DNA of 26,994 nucleotides from a virus (Duplodnaviria; Caudoviricetes), in IMG/VR virus record IMGVR_UViG_3300037470_000016, positions 1 to 26,994 of that record; one strand, written 5' to 3'. The notes below the pieces were generated by a model. The model searched no databases and was not told the DNA's origin. It saw nothing but the letters and a program-made list of their open reading frames with translations. Shown one piece after another: positions 14,401 to 22,499 of this stretch (position 1 is the stretch's first letter; each line of letters begins with the position of its first letter). A program made the position numbers and the translations under genes.

Positions 14401-16319
14401 TCCAGAACTTCGGAGGTGTTCATCCATGCGTTACCAGCCTGGTTCTTCATTCGCTGGAACGTGGAGCCGTGAGCGTTCAGGGTCTTCTCGAACGTTGCGA
14501 AGTCCATCATGACGTGACTGTTGGCGAGCTGAGTGTCGAAGATCGGAGTGGAAACTACTCGTCCACCGTCAGCCTCGATTTCAGCAACCCTGATGGTGCG
14601 GGTTGGATCGTTCGGATCCGGCATGGTTGCCGATCCGTAGGATCGCTGGCCCTGAGCCGCAGACTGTCCAGCACGTCGCCTGAGGGCGAAGTCCTTGTAG
14701 AGGTCGTTAGCCAGCTCATAAGTGATCTGATCGTTCGGTCCCTTGCCAAGGTTGTAGCGGTCCACCATACGGTGAGTGATCTGCTGCTCAAGCTGGATCA
14801 GAGTCATCTGACGATCAGCCACAGAAGAATCCAGGTAGCGGGAGACGTACATCTCCCGACCCTCACGACTCAGTCCCTTGACCTCTCGCAGACTTGCGTC
14901 CAGCTCCTTGAAGCTGTCCTCTGCGTGAATGTCGATGAAGCTGGTAGGCCTGATGTCGTTGTAGGTGCGCACCACCTTGACCGGGAATCCGATCGAAGCG
15001 TTGTACACCAGGGCTGCACTACCCTTGATGACTCCCTGTCCAGTGACCTTCTTGAGTCCACCGTCCTGGAGAGTCTTGGATCCACGGAACTTCATTCCCG
15101 CTGGAGTAGTCACACGGTTGAAGTTCATGTTGTCGACAGACGCGAAGGCGTCGAGCTTGTCGTCGATGATCCTGGACTGACGGTTCATGTCGTTGATGAT
15201 CTTGGTCTGGTTGTCAAGGTAAGTCTTGATCATCTGACCACGGGCGCTTGCCTGCTGAGCGGCAGGCAGTGTGCTGTAGTGAGTTCCCAGTCCAGTGACG
15301 CGCTGAGTCAGCATGTCGATCTGTCCGCTGATCTTGGCGCTCTTGACGTCGAGGACGTCCTTCGCTGCCTTGTCACCCATCGACACACGTAGGATGTCAG
15401 ACACCTCGTCTGCATCGTTCGCCTGCGAGAGCAGGCGTGCGAGTGCGTCACCATTGGCAGACTTGCTCAGTGTGGGCATGTCGCGACGGAGGACGAGTGC
15501 TGCATTGTCAGGGTTGGTCTGCTTGGTCTTCATGACCAGGTCGACCATGGACTGGAATGCTGGCTTCTGGAAGAAGCCGTCAAGAGTCTTAGTGCCAGTG
15601 GTCTGTGCTGCCACATTCTTCGTGAACAGCTTGGACTTGGCCACTCCAGCAGACTTGCCAGCAAGGACGAGAGGATCCATGTACCAGGACACAGCGAAGT
15701 CGGTGGCGCCAGTGACGTACTTGGACGCACCGGAGCCGAAGTACTCCTGAGCCCTGGTCTTGACTCCGAAGATGTCGTTCTTGGTTGCCTCGTCCTTGTA
15801 CTGACCACGATCAAGGAGGCTGTTATCCTCGGCGATCTGGTCAGGCCGAATGCCACGAGCCTTCAGCTCCTTGTCATTCAGACCCATCATCCAGATAGCC
15901 TGGCCTGGGCTCACATCGTGAGCCAGGTCCCAGTAGTCCTTGAAGGCGTCGACCTCTCCGTCCTCACCGATGTAGTCAGGACGGCCGTAGACGACACTGT
16001 GTGCAGCCATGGCTCCAGCGCTGAGTGCTGGTGACACGGTGGCGCTGTACAGGGCGTACAGCTTGGATCCAACCCACTCGATCGGCTTGAACAGGGGCGA
16101 GTCGAAGACGCTTCCTCCGGTCGCAGCGTTACGCTGCTCCTGGAGTGCGTTGATCTGTTCACTCGAAACCTCCGGGTTCTCAAGGTCAACGCCAGCGTTC
16201 TGCCAGTAGCTCTGAAGAGCGTACTGGGCAGCCTTCGGCATCTGGTCAACCTCAAGATCACCATCAAGGACAGCGTTGGAGAGAACCTCCATGTCCTTCT
16301 GGTTCGGGTTGTAAGCCAT
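11445..16319 (-). CDS. Large internal virion / DNA-ejection protein (functional analogue of T7 gp16)
   Basis: 1624 aa helical protein between portal and capsid genes in a podovirus-like layout. Function is inferred from size and position. Confidence 0.65.
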   Translation of the reverse strand: MAYNPNQKDMEVLSNAVLDGDLEVDQMPKAAQYALQSYWQNAGVDLENPEVSSEQINALQEQRNAATGGSVFDSPLFKPIEWVGSKLYALYSATVSPALSAGAMAAHSVVYGRPDYIGEDGEVDAFKDYWDLAHDVSPGQAIWMMGLNDKELKARGIRPDQIAEDNSLLDRGQYKDEATKNDIFGVKTRAQEYFGSGASKYVTGATDFAVSWYMDPLVLAGKSAGVAKSKLFTKNVAAQTTGTKTLDGFFQKPAFQSMVDLVMKTKQTNPDNAALVLRRDMPTLSKSANGDALARLLSQANDADEVSDILRVSMGDKAAKDVLDVKSAKISGQIDMLTQRVTGLGTHYSTLPAAQQASARGQMIKTYLDNQTKIINDMNRQSRIIDDKLDAFASVDNMNFNRVTTPAGMKFRGSKTLQDGGLKKVTGQGVIKGSAALVYNASIGFPVKVVRTYNDIRPTSFIDIHAEDSFKELDASLREVKGLSREGREMYVSRYLDSSVADRQMTLIQLEQQITHRMVDRYNLGKGPNDQITYELANDLYKDFALRRRAGQSAAQGQRSYGSATMPDPNDPTRTIRVAEIEADGGRVVSTPIFDTQLANSHVMMDFATFEKTLNAHGSTFQRMKNQAGNAWMNTSEVLDTLSTTWKFAQLFRLGYAPRALADDFLGQVARFGGLAMMQRAASGGKVMMEDFIRGKWASDSVAAARQTEGALAQHIDEMSVVHTEIRNDLLREKALGQNPHKIQTLEDGLKDLTDDIAAARQTHADYGSLVAYGAQTRDVKVGREVFAPAYGGKQGELYKDLAAGQRNFQNLMGSQSDWYLKRMRRADWENITPASHGADKHMEAWTRLLNDQIGQSSVGRKVLEGLDEGQLVNWMRSTPEGLRYRTDIGLKHMPDYELAQRVKAQVDYVLDPAMPGMDAVRASVLQGKLDPETLKAIPQANRPMVNAEAFRYATGESAVSKLLDKSINGWYNIANQIPATKLLRNPLFGQSYKAHLSQQMQIMRSQGVTHVDESTRKILEKNARKGALDDVKKFTFTMDHETKMAYMMRHFGAFFGAQQESWNRWGRIISDKPDVLARVAQTYGMPTRAGITVDQDGNTVDASGHVTDPATGEKKLIKYSERKMLIQIPEYLGGKALNKELGLDEDAALTVPMSSVELVLNHGDGALPVGVGPYVQISANHFAQDDPKFADWSKKLGVLPFGPQDSWTDFVNPNTGKRLGDATDDMGETKQRALLYMMQVENYKWEQGLRTTEPTWKELKERADRWTIFRTAAAWSLPFSVNGQDPYQFFRDEFQRMQKLDPNSADEKFYDKYGESFYMFSQSMSKNNSGLRPTAESVKMSKYYKDLIDKVGSKYAGLIVGSEGDGTYSEGAYFYQKTHSTGTASTDTQRTQMGAQEAWTEAQTARGWRDYNSMMEGVNAALFDRGLQTFDDDGAEDLKAKRQAINMVLTSIYLPDGTKNPYYNKSWEAEFSSLDKGKYDRTALELQEVVDDPELWAKSMMPDGTIGQRSDIYTLKGYLSYRKDMQQALVIRKMNGGSDDITANANYDLKNWWDKLTMSLIESDTRFAWVHSRYFATDMGFNMNTHYSAEDQERLEQSDATVVGQEAAPVQVDITDTLAQGGS

Positions 16320-16528
16320 TATGCCTCCGTGTTCATGTCGGTCGGATCGTCGTACGGCTGGATCTCACTGCGGATCAGGTTCTTGGCCAGGTCGTTGGCC
16401 TGAGCCCTCGACACGCCAGAGCGTGCGAGGGAGATGCCCATCACTGGTGCATCATGGAACGCCAGGGCGAGAGAGCCCATGTCGTCGAACCACTGCCCGC
16501 CGTACTGGTAGTCGAGGTCTTCGTTCAC
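16319..16528 (-). CDS. Hypothetical small virion protein
   Basis: Track start is 16570. GTG at 16528 gives a GTGA overlap with the upstream stop and is preferred. Confidence 0.65.
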   Translation of the reverse strand: MNEDLDYQYGGQWFDDMGSLALAFHDAPVMGISLARSGVSRAQANDLAKNLIRSEIQPYDDPTDMNTEA

Positions 16529-16944
16529 TGGAGTGCCTTGGCCTTCCTTACTACGTTCCTCATCGCCCACGCTGCTCCTGGCTGGTTGGCCATGAACTCA
16601 AGCACTGGTAGATAAGGAATGAGGGACTGGAGATCCTCTTCCTTCTGGTTTGCCAGCCCCAGGACCTCTGCTCCAGCACCGGCGCCGAGAGCGGCGCCGT
16701 CAGTCACTGGAGTGTTAGGCTGTGCACTTGGTGCGTTCAGGCCGACAACCCTTGAGGATGGATCTCCGAACATGGATGCGAAGTCGGCAGAGCCTCCAGG
16801 GCTCTGACCGACAGGTGCACCAGACTTCTGCTCCTGGTAGTCCCTCTGCTCACCATAGCCAGCATCCGGCAGGCTAGTGTTCGCGGCAGATACTGCCTTG
16901 TCAGTCCTCTCGCTGAACGCGCCTGGACCGGATACTTCAGCCAT
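16525..16944 (-). CDS. Hypothetical protein of the portal-downstream block (VSGPGAFSERTD motif)
   Basis: 139 aa; AAGGA RBS. Confidence 0.75.
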   Translation of the reverse strand: MAEVSGPGAFSERTDKAVSAANTSLPDAGYGEQRDYQEQKSGAPVGQSPGGSADFASMFGDPSSRVVGLNAPSAQPNTPVTDGAALGAGAGAEVLGLANQKEEDLQSLIPYLPVLEFMANQPGAAWAMRNVVRKAKALQ

Positions 16945-16953
16945 GATTATTCC

Positions 16954-17169
16954 TTACTTGGCCATCGTTCCGCCACCACGGGTCATGCCCGTGTTGACGA
17001 GGATCTGAGTCTCCCAGCCGATGGTGGGTGCAGTCGCCTGGTGGCGGCTGTCTCCATGCGCCGTGGAGTGCATCGGCTGTGCGGTGTGAGGCTCAAGCAT
17101 GCGCCCCTTCAGGGTCTTCCAGTCCCCCTCCGGTCCGTGCTGTCCTCCGAACCAAGTTCCGTCACTCAT
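16954..17169 (-). CDS. Hypothetical protein
   Basis: 71 aa; AAGGAG RBS; ATGA overlap. Confidence 0.7.
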   Translation of the reverse strand: MSDGTWFGGQHGPEGDWKTLKGRMLEPHTAQPMHSTAHGDSRHQATAPTIGWETQILVNTGMTRGGGTMAK

Positions 17170-17339
17170 GACTTGCTCCTTGCTACTCGCCTTGCGGGAG
17201 CCTTCGGCTCCACTGTCTTGACGACCCTGATGTTCTTGGGATCGTCCTTCTCCTTCTGCCCACAGCGTGGACAGCGGATGCCGTGATTGTCCTTGTAGTT
17301 GTGGTACTCGGACATCTGGCAGCTCCAGCAGAGATTCAT
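17166..17339 (-). CDS. Small zinc-ribbon protein (MNLCWSCQ...RCPRCGQ..., 57 aa), not in the ORF track
   Basis: Hand translation; TGATG overlap with the portal stop and ATGA overlap with the next gene; two CxxC motifs. Confidence 0.75.
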   Translation of the reverse strand: MNLCWSCQMSEYHNYKDNHGIRCPRCGQKEKDDPKNIRVVKTVEPKAPARRVARSKS

Positions 17340-19138
17340 CAGATTCCCGTCTGTCGCTGAGTTCGAGCGCTCATAGTCGCTTCACCCTTTCCGGTTAGTC
17401 CCGCCAGGAGCGACATCATGTCGAACCCCTGCGGCTGTCCTGCACCGCCAGGAGCGGTGCTTCCCCCTGGTGGAGCCTGACCCGGCTGACCTCCGCCCGA
17501 TGCACCCATCAGTGCTGCCAGTGGATCAGCCGCCTGAGCGGCTGCCTGAGGCTTCGGCTTGAACACCTTGAGCACAGCGTCATGGACACTGGTGCCCTTC
17601 TCGCGCTCCTCGATGAGCTTGCCCATCTTCTGGAGTGCATCAACTGGATCGATCTGGCCCTGCTGCGCCATCGGAAGGATCGACTGCATGTAGCCCATGA
17701 TGCCCTGCTTGAGTGCATCGGTGAACTGCTCGTTGTCAATCTGAGTCTGAAGCTGCACAACATCCAGATCCATCGGCAGCTGACGCTGCACGAAGTCCCG
17801 GGAGACAAGCTGGTCACCACGGAGCTGAAGGAGCGCAACGATGGCACGTGCTGGATCCTGCCCTGCGGCAAAGCCGTAGGTCACGTCCGTCATGTAGCTG
17901 CCGTTGATGTCCTTGCGTGGTACGTAGTTCTCCTCGAAGGGAGTTCCCTGCACAACACCAGTGACGATCTTCTGCTCGTTGGGCCACAGCTTCTCATCCA
18001 TCTCGAAGCACAGCTCGATGGCCTTGGCCAGCGCCTGCGAGATCACAGACTGCCCAGTCGTGATGACGGTGTTGAAGCCGCCCATCAGGGCCTGGACACC
18101 GCGACCGGTGATGATGGATGCGTCGATGTTTCCGGAGCGAACCTCCGGACTCCTCATGGCCTGACGCGCCTCCATGTCCAGGAGGCTTCCCTCCTGGAAT
18201 GCGTACTGAGGAATGTCACGCGTCGGGTACATCACGCCCTGTGGGTTGTCCGTACGGATGATGGCGTCGTCTCCGAACGTCATCTTCTGTACGTCGCGAG
18301 GGACGATCAGCGGTGCACGCACCGCCTTCTCAGTGGCCTCCATGCCAAGCAGGGCCATGCGAGCCTTCGCGAGCTGAACCCAGATGGCATCGTCGAACGC
18401 ACCACGAACCTCCTGGTCATAGCCAGGACGCTTCGCAATGGAGACATAGACACGGCCCATGGGGTTGGGCATCATGTCCACGACCTGATTGCCGTGGTTG
18501 GGAAGGTACATGGTGATCTGGTCAGGGTCGCAGTACTTCACGACCTCGATCTCGCGATGAGACCAGCCGACCTCCTGGCCACCAGTCTCGTTGGACTGAA
18601 GTACGCGGAGAAGGTGTGGGAACTTCGCCACGAGATTGATGGCCTCGTCACGCCAGACCTTGGTGTAGGACTTGACGCGACCGTAGAGGTCGATCTCCGG
18701 ATAGATGCCCATAGGGTTCTCGATCCGGATCCTGGGAACCTTCTCCTCGAAGTCAGGCTCTACGATGTAGACCCCAAGGCCGAAGGTGTTGTAGTAGTCG
18801 CAGAAGGTGACCTGCTGCCCTGCTGGCAGCTGGCTGCTCTGGACGTATGCGTTGGCGATCTTCGTCCTCTTGCCGGAGAACTTCTTCGCCTTGTCGGTGG
18901 TGATGACACCAGAGGCACAGTTGATGGATGGCATGGTTCCCATCACCTCGGCCATGTCGCGAGCGGCCGTGTCGATCATGTTCGCAATGATCGGCTTGGG
19001 CCATGCGTCAGGCATGGCCCCTGGCATCACCGTGTCTACATCTCCGGAACGGACGTCGTGCACATCGCGCTGACGCTGGTCACGTCCGGCCGCTGCACGT
19101 CGCAGCGCTTCTACCTTCTGCGCGACATTTTCAATCAT
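17339..19138 (-). CDS. Portal protein
   Basis: 599 aa downstream of terminase and lysin; portal-like size and helical pattern; Gln/Pro/Gly-rich disordered tail. Confidence 0.8.
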   Translation of the reverse strand: MIENVAQKVEALRRAAAGRDQRQRDVHDVRSGDVDTVMPGAMPDAWPKPIIANMIDTAARDMAEVMGTMPSINCASGVITTDKAKKFSGKRTKIANAYVQSSQLPAGQQVTFCDYYNTFGLGVYIVEPDFEEKVPRIRIENPMGIYPEIDLYGRVKSYTKVWRDEAINLVAKFPHLLRVLQSNETGGQEVGWSHREIEVVKYCDPDQITMYLPNHGNQVVDMMPNPMGRVYVSIAKRPGYDQEVRGAFDDAIWVQLAKARMALLGMEATEKAVRAPLIVPRDVQKMTFGDDAIIRTDNPQGVMYPTRDIPQYAFQEGSLLDMEARQAMRSPEVRSGNIDASIITGRGVQALMGGFNTVITTGQSVISQALAKAIELCFEMDEKLWPNEQKIVTGVVQGTPFEENYVPRKDINGSYMTDVTYGFAAGQDPARAIVALLQLRGDQLVSRDFVQRQLPMDLDVVQLQTQIDNEQFTDALKQGIMGYMQSILPMAQQGQIDPVDALQKMGKLIEEREKGTSVHDAVLKVFKPKPQAAAQAADPLAALMGASGGGQPGQAPPGGSTAPGGAGQPQGFDMMSLLAGLTGKGEATMSARTQRQTGI

Positions 19139-19157
19139 GAGCGCGATGGTGTACTCC

Positions 19158-19931
19158 TTACTTGGGCTTGGCTACCTTGAGCTTCTTCCAGGAGTCTGCT
19201 CCTGGGTAGCCGTCAGCAGCCTTACCGGTGTAGTTCAGCTTCCGCTGGTACCACGCGTAGGCCTTGATGTCCGCACGAGTGAACTCGTTGGTGGGCGTGT
19301 ACTCCGCCTTGTAGCCAGCCTTCTTGAGGGCCTTGCCCATCTCGGTGATGATGTCGTGCTTCTTGCCCAGACGGAAGAAGCCGACGCCCGGGAAGGGGGC
19401 GTAGACGGGCTTGGGAGTGGGTGCTGGTACAGGAAGGTCGGGCTCCAGCTTTCCGGCCTTCACGAGGGCGTACAGAGGCTCTCCAGGGCACGCGGTGGCG
19501 TGCCCGTCCCTGTGACCCTTGATCTCCTTGCCAGCTCCGTAGCCACGCATGTAAGCGACTGCGTCCTTGATCCCGGAGATCATCTCGGGGGTCGGAGCCA
19601 CATCGCCCTTCGAACCGAGGAGACCCATGACTGCGTAGTGGGCCTTGTTGAGATCCTGGTTCCCGTTAGCGCCAGTCCGCTTACGCTTGCCCCTGCCCTC
19701 AAACACGTACCCGTGAAGGCATACGAGAAGGTTGTACGCGATGTCGGAATAGTTCTCCTTCGTGTTTGCCAGGTGACTCTTCCGGATCGCCTTGACGAGC
19801 GCCACGCAGTCAGCGTGCTTCTCGCAGGTGACCTCCGTACCCTCATAGTGGATCTTCACCCCCTTCGCCGTCAGCTGGTCGGGGGCTGCGCTAGCAGGCC
19901 ACCCGAGGTCAGTCCTTGATACCCACTTCAT
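19158..19931 (-). CDS. Endolysin: N-acetylmuramoyl-L-alanine amidase (Amidase_2/PGRP-like) plus C-terminal peptidoglycan-binding domain
   Basis: VKIHYEG...YSDIAYN...GYVFEGRG...GHRD...TACPG; C-terminal ADGYPGADSW. ATG at 19931 with AGGAGAG RBS is preferred over 19964. Confidence 0.9.
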   Translation of the reverse strand: MKWVSRTDLGWPASAAPDQLTAKGVKIHYEGTEVTCEKHADCVALVKAIRKSHLANTKENYSDIAYNLLVCLHGYVFEGRGKRKRTGANGNQDLNKAHYAVMGLLGSKGDVAPTPEMISGIKDAVAYMRGYGAGKEIKGHRDGHATACPGEPLYALVKAGKLEPDLPVPAPTPKPVYAPFPGVGFFRLGKKHDIITEMGKALKKAGYKAEYTPTNEFTRADIKAYAWYQRKLNYTGKAADGYPGADSWKKLKVAKPK

Positions 19932-20080
19932 TTGCTCTCCTTGTTGTGGCAAGGGCAGATGCACCGAGCCTGACAGAACTTACACTGAGCGGGCGCCTTT
20001 GCGCCCGCCAGTCCACTCTTTCCTTGGCAGTAATCATGCCTGCCATGGAGGCAGCCGGTAGACAAGTACTCATGCCTCAC
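19928..20080 (-). CDS. Small Cys/His-rich zinc-binding protein (50 aa), not in the ORF track
   Basis: MRHEYLSTGCLHGRHDYCQGKSGLAGAKAPAQCKFCQARCICPCHNKESK; GTGA overlap with the terminase stop and ATGA overlap with the lysin start. Confidence 0.75.
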   Translation of the reverse strand: MRHEYLSTGCLHGRHDYCQGKSGLAGAKAPAQCKFCQARCICPCHNKESK

Positions 20081-22071
20081 TTGCCGCCCCACCAGCTTCC
20101 GTTGTTCTCAAGCAGGTCTGCTTGAGCCATGTAATCCAGGTCGATCGTGATCGTGCGTTCCTTGTCCCGCGCCGACTGGTACTCGTTGGTCACGTGGAAC
20201 ACGTTGTCGATCTCACCAATCAGCTCTCGTGCGCGGATCTCCGCGAACCAGAGTGCCATCACGGTGTCAGTCTTCTTCTTGTTCTTCTGGCCTGGAGGCA
20301 GAGGCTCCCAGGTGGTGAGCTGCTCGATGAGCATCTTGACGCCCTCCCCGCTTGAGCGGGAGGGCAGGTGGATCAGCTGCTGCTTGCGCTCCCAGCCCTC
20401 GAACAGGACGGACATGGAGGCCACACCGAAGTCTGTATCCCACTTGTTGGAGCCGGTGAAGTGCTCACGGAGAAGGCATCCACGAGAGCCGAGGAAGTTC
20501 TTGATGTCCCGGTTCTGCGTGACCATCAGGTTCATGGCGTTCTTCTCGATACGCCACTCGTTGATGTTGTACTTGACCGTCAGTTCCTTGATCTTGTCGA
20601 AGATATCGTCAGGCTTCAGGTTACCCTTCGACCAGACATCCAGGACCCAGCGCTCACCGGAGTAGCGATCCACTCCCATGACGACGGAGGCGGAGTGCCC
20701 GGTCATCGCAGGGTCGAACCCGCCGACAACGTACAGACCGTCCATGCCATTGCGCCTGTGTCCAGGCGCTCCCTTGCTCATCACTCCGGCAGCACGCATC
20801 CCGTCCACTGCGGCAGTCACTGCCTTCATGGGGAAGATCGCGTCCTCGACCACGGACTCCTGCATGTAGACGAGAGCCCAGTTCTTCGGACTCATAGAGG
20901 CGCGGCGCTTCCTTAGCGCCTCGCCGGTCCACATGGGCCAGAGGCCGTCTTCGTCCTGCTCGACCAGAAGCCGCCCAGCGATGGATACAGGTGGACGGTT
21001 GGTCCTTGGCCAAAGCGTGACCCAGTCGTCGCTGGTGTCAGCGAATTCAAGAACAGCTGGTTGAGTAAGATAAGTCCATGGGCTCGTCTCCTCGCCGTAG
21101 TAATCGTCCTTGATGATCTCACCGTACAGGTCGATGGGAGCAAGACGAGTACCAACCAGCAGGATGCGGCCACCAGGGTACGAGAGACGGTTGTAGACCT
21201 CTCGCTGGAGCCAGTCCATCTGCTTCTCATACTCATGAGCGTTCTTTCCGGTCACGCAGTCATCGAGGATGATGAGGTCTGCTCGGGAGCCGTAGATGTG
21301 TCCGCCGATACCCAGGGCCTGGACCGTGGGGTCCTTCTCTCCGGAGTCTCGGGTGGAGCTGGATACATAGATGCTGTCCGCCGTCCAGGCGGACGCTCCA
21401 TCGTCGAACCCGCCTTCAGGGCCGAAGTCGATCTGGAGCTTCTGATAGTTCTTGTTCTCTGACGCCAGGCGGTCCTTGATTCCACGGAGGAACCTCTTGG
21501 CCATCTCCTGCGTCTGAGACACGATGATCACTCGGATGTTCGGATCCTGACAGATCCGGTACGTCACATAGTTCATCGTGATCGTAGTGGACTTCGCGTG
21601 CTCCGGAGGAGTGTTGATCAGAAGGAACTCTGGTTCACCCTTGATGTAGGTCTGATTCTCGTGAAGGTTCCTTGGGTCATCACCCTCCAGTACGTCGATC
21701 CACTGAAGATGATGGTTGAACAGCTCGGTGTCCAGGTACTCCTTGCACCACTCCGGGAAGGGGAGGATGTTCTGACGGTTCTCCTCAGCCTGAGATCCGT
21801 TCTGCGTCATCAGACGCAGACGGTCCATCTCATCCCTGAAGTTGGAGTCGCTCTGCCGAAGGTACTTGTACTGGGCCTCCGTGAGGCCCATGTCCTGACA
21901 AGCCTCCTTGATGGACTTGCCGTTCTTGACGTACTTGACGAACGTCTGCTTCCTGACCTGAGCGTCTGAGTACTTGTTCCTGTCACTCGTCCTGACGTCC
22001 GTCTTCCTGGTCGGAGCCTTGCGAGGATCCGACTTGAGCTTACGTCCATCCTCGGTCACGAAGACCTTCAC
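20077..22071 (-). CDS. terL: Terminase large subunit with N-terminal HTH extension
   Basis: Walker A PPEHAKST, GSRADLIILDD Walker B, coupling motif LVGTR, nuclease GGFDPA...KTDTVMALW. Confidence 0.92.
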   Translation of the reverse strand: MKVFVTEDGRKLKSDPRKAPTRKTDVRTSDRNKYSDAQVRKQTFVKYVKNGKSIKEACQDMGLTEAQYKYLRQSDSNFRDEMDRLRLMTQNGSQAEENRQNILPFPEWCKEYLDTELFNHHLQWIDVLEGDDPRNLHENQTYIKGEPEFLLINTPPEHAKSTTITMNYVTYRICQDPNIRVIIVSQTQEMAKRFLRGIKDRLASENKNYQKLQIDFGPEGGFDDGASAWTADSIYVSSSTRDSGEKDPTVQALGIGGHIYGSRADLIILDDCVTGKNAHEYEKQMDWLQREVYNRLSYPGGRILLVGTRLAPIDLYGEIIKDDYYGEETSPWTYLTQPAVLEFADTSDDWVTLWPRTNRPPVSIAGRLLVEQDEDGLWPMWTGEALRKRRASMSPKNWALVYMQESVVEDAIFPMKAVTAAVDGMRAAGVMSKGAPGHRRNGMDGLYVVGGFDPAMTGHSASVVMGVDRYSGERWVLDVWSKGNLKPDDIFDKIKELTVKYNINEWRIEKNAMNLMVTQNRDIKNFLGSRGCLLREHFTGSNKWDTDFGVASMSVLFEGWERKQQLIHLPSRSSGEGVKMLIEQLTTWEPLPPGQKNKKKTDTVMALWFAEIRARELIGEIDNVFHVTNEYQSARDKERTITIDLDYMAQADLLENNGSWWGGK

Positions 22072-22356
22072 TGGTTCTACCCCTCTTAACTATGCAACTC
22101 AGACGCCGTGCGGCTCAACTACGGAGGTACCGGCCTTGAGGCCGGACCTCTGAATGGAGGAATGATCCCGAGGTAACCGAGGGCTGTCTCCCCTTAAGTG
22201 TAAGTTGGTTCGTCTGGGGTTCAGCGCCCTCAGGGGCGCTGTTCCCTCTCCAGTGGAACCTCGTCAGCAGGGGGTTCAGCGATGACCCATTGCTTCACTT
22301 AGTACCCCTAGTTATATATACCCATCCCGAGGGGGTTGCTAGGACAGGGCATTTCA

Positions 22357-22372
22357 TGTGATCTGGGTCACG
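22357..22372. promoter_or_regulatory. CRP-family box
   Basis: TGTGA-TCTGGG-TCACG; one mismatch to TGTGA-N6-TCACA. Confidence 0.45.
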
Positions 22373-22411
22373 TGCCTACATCCCTTACGTAGCAAGGGCT
22401 CTGAGGGGTCG

Positions 22412-22427
22412 TGTGACGTAGATCACA
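22412..22427. promoter_or_regulatory. CRP-family box
   Basis: TGTGA-CGTAGA-TCACA; perfect match to TGTGA-N6-TCACA. Confidence 0.5.
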
Positions 22428-22499
22428 GGCATGTATGGTGGATTTTAGATGGGAGTCACTCCCCCATGATCATCCCCGTTTAACAACCCCCGGGTCAGA

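Noticed and set aside
11445-16319. Virion RNA polymerase or tape measure as the identity of the 1624-aa protein
   Set aside because: No DxDGD or T7-type polymerase motifs seen by eye, no tape-measure repeats and no tail-tube or chaperone genes. A profile search is needed to exclude this fully.
11457-21969. Long plus-strand ORFs (e.g. 12774..14132, 14151..15392, 17582..19180, 19137..19919)
   Set aside because: Antisense shadows of high-GC3 minus-strand genes; no RBS or recognisable motifs.
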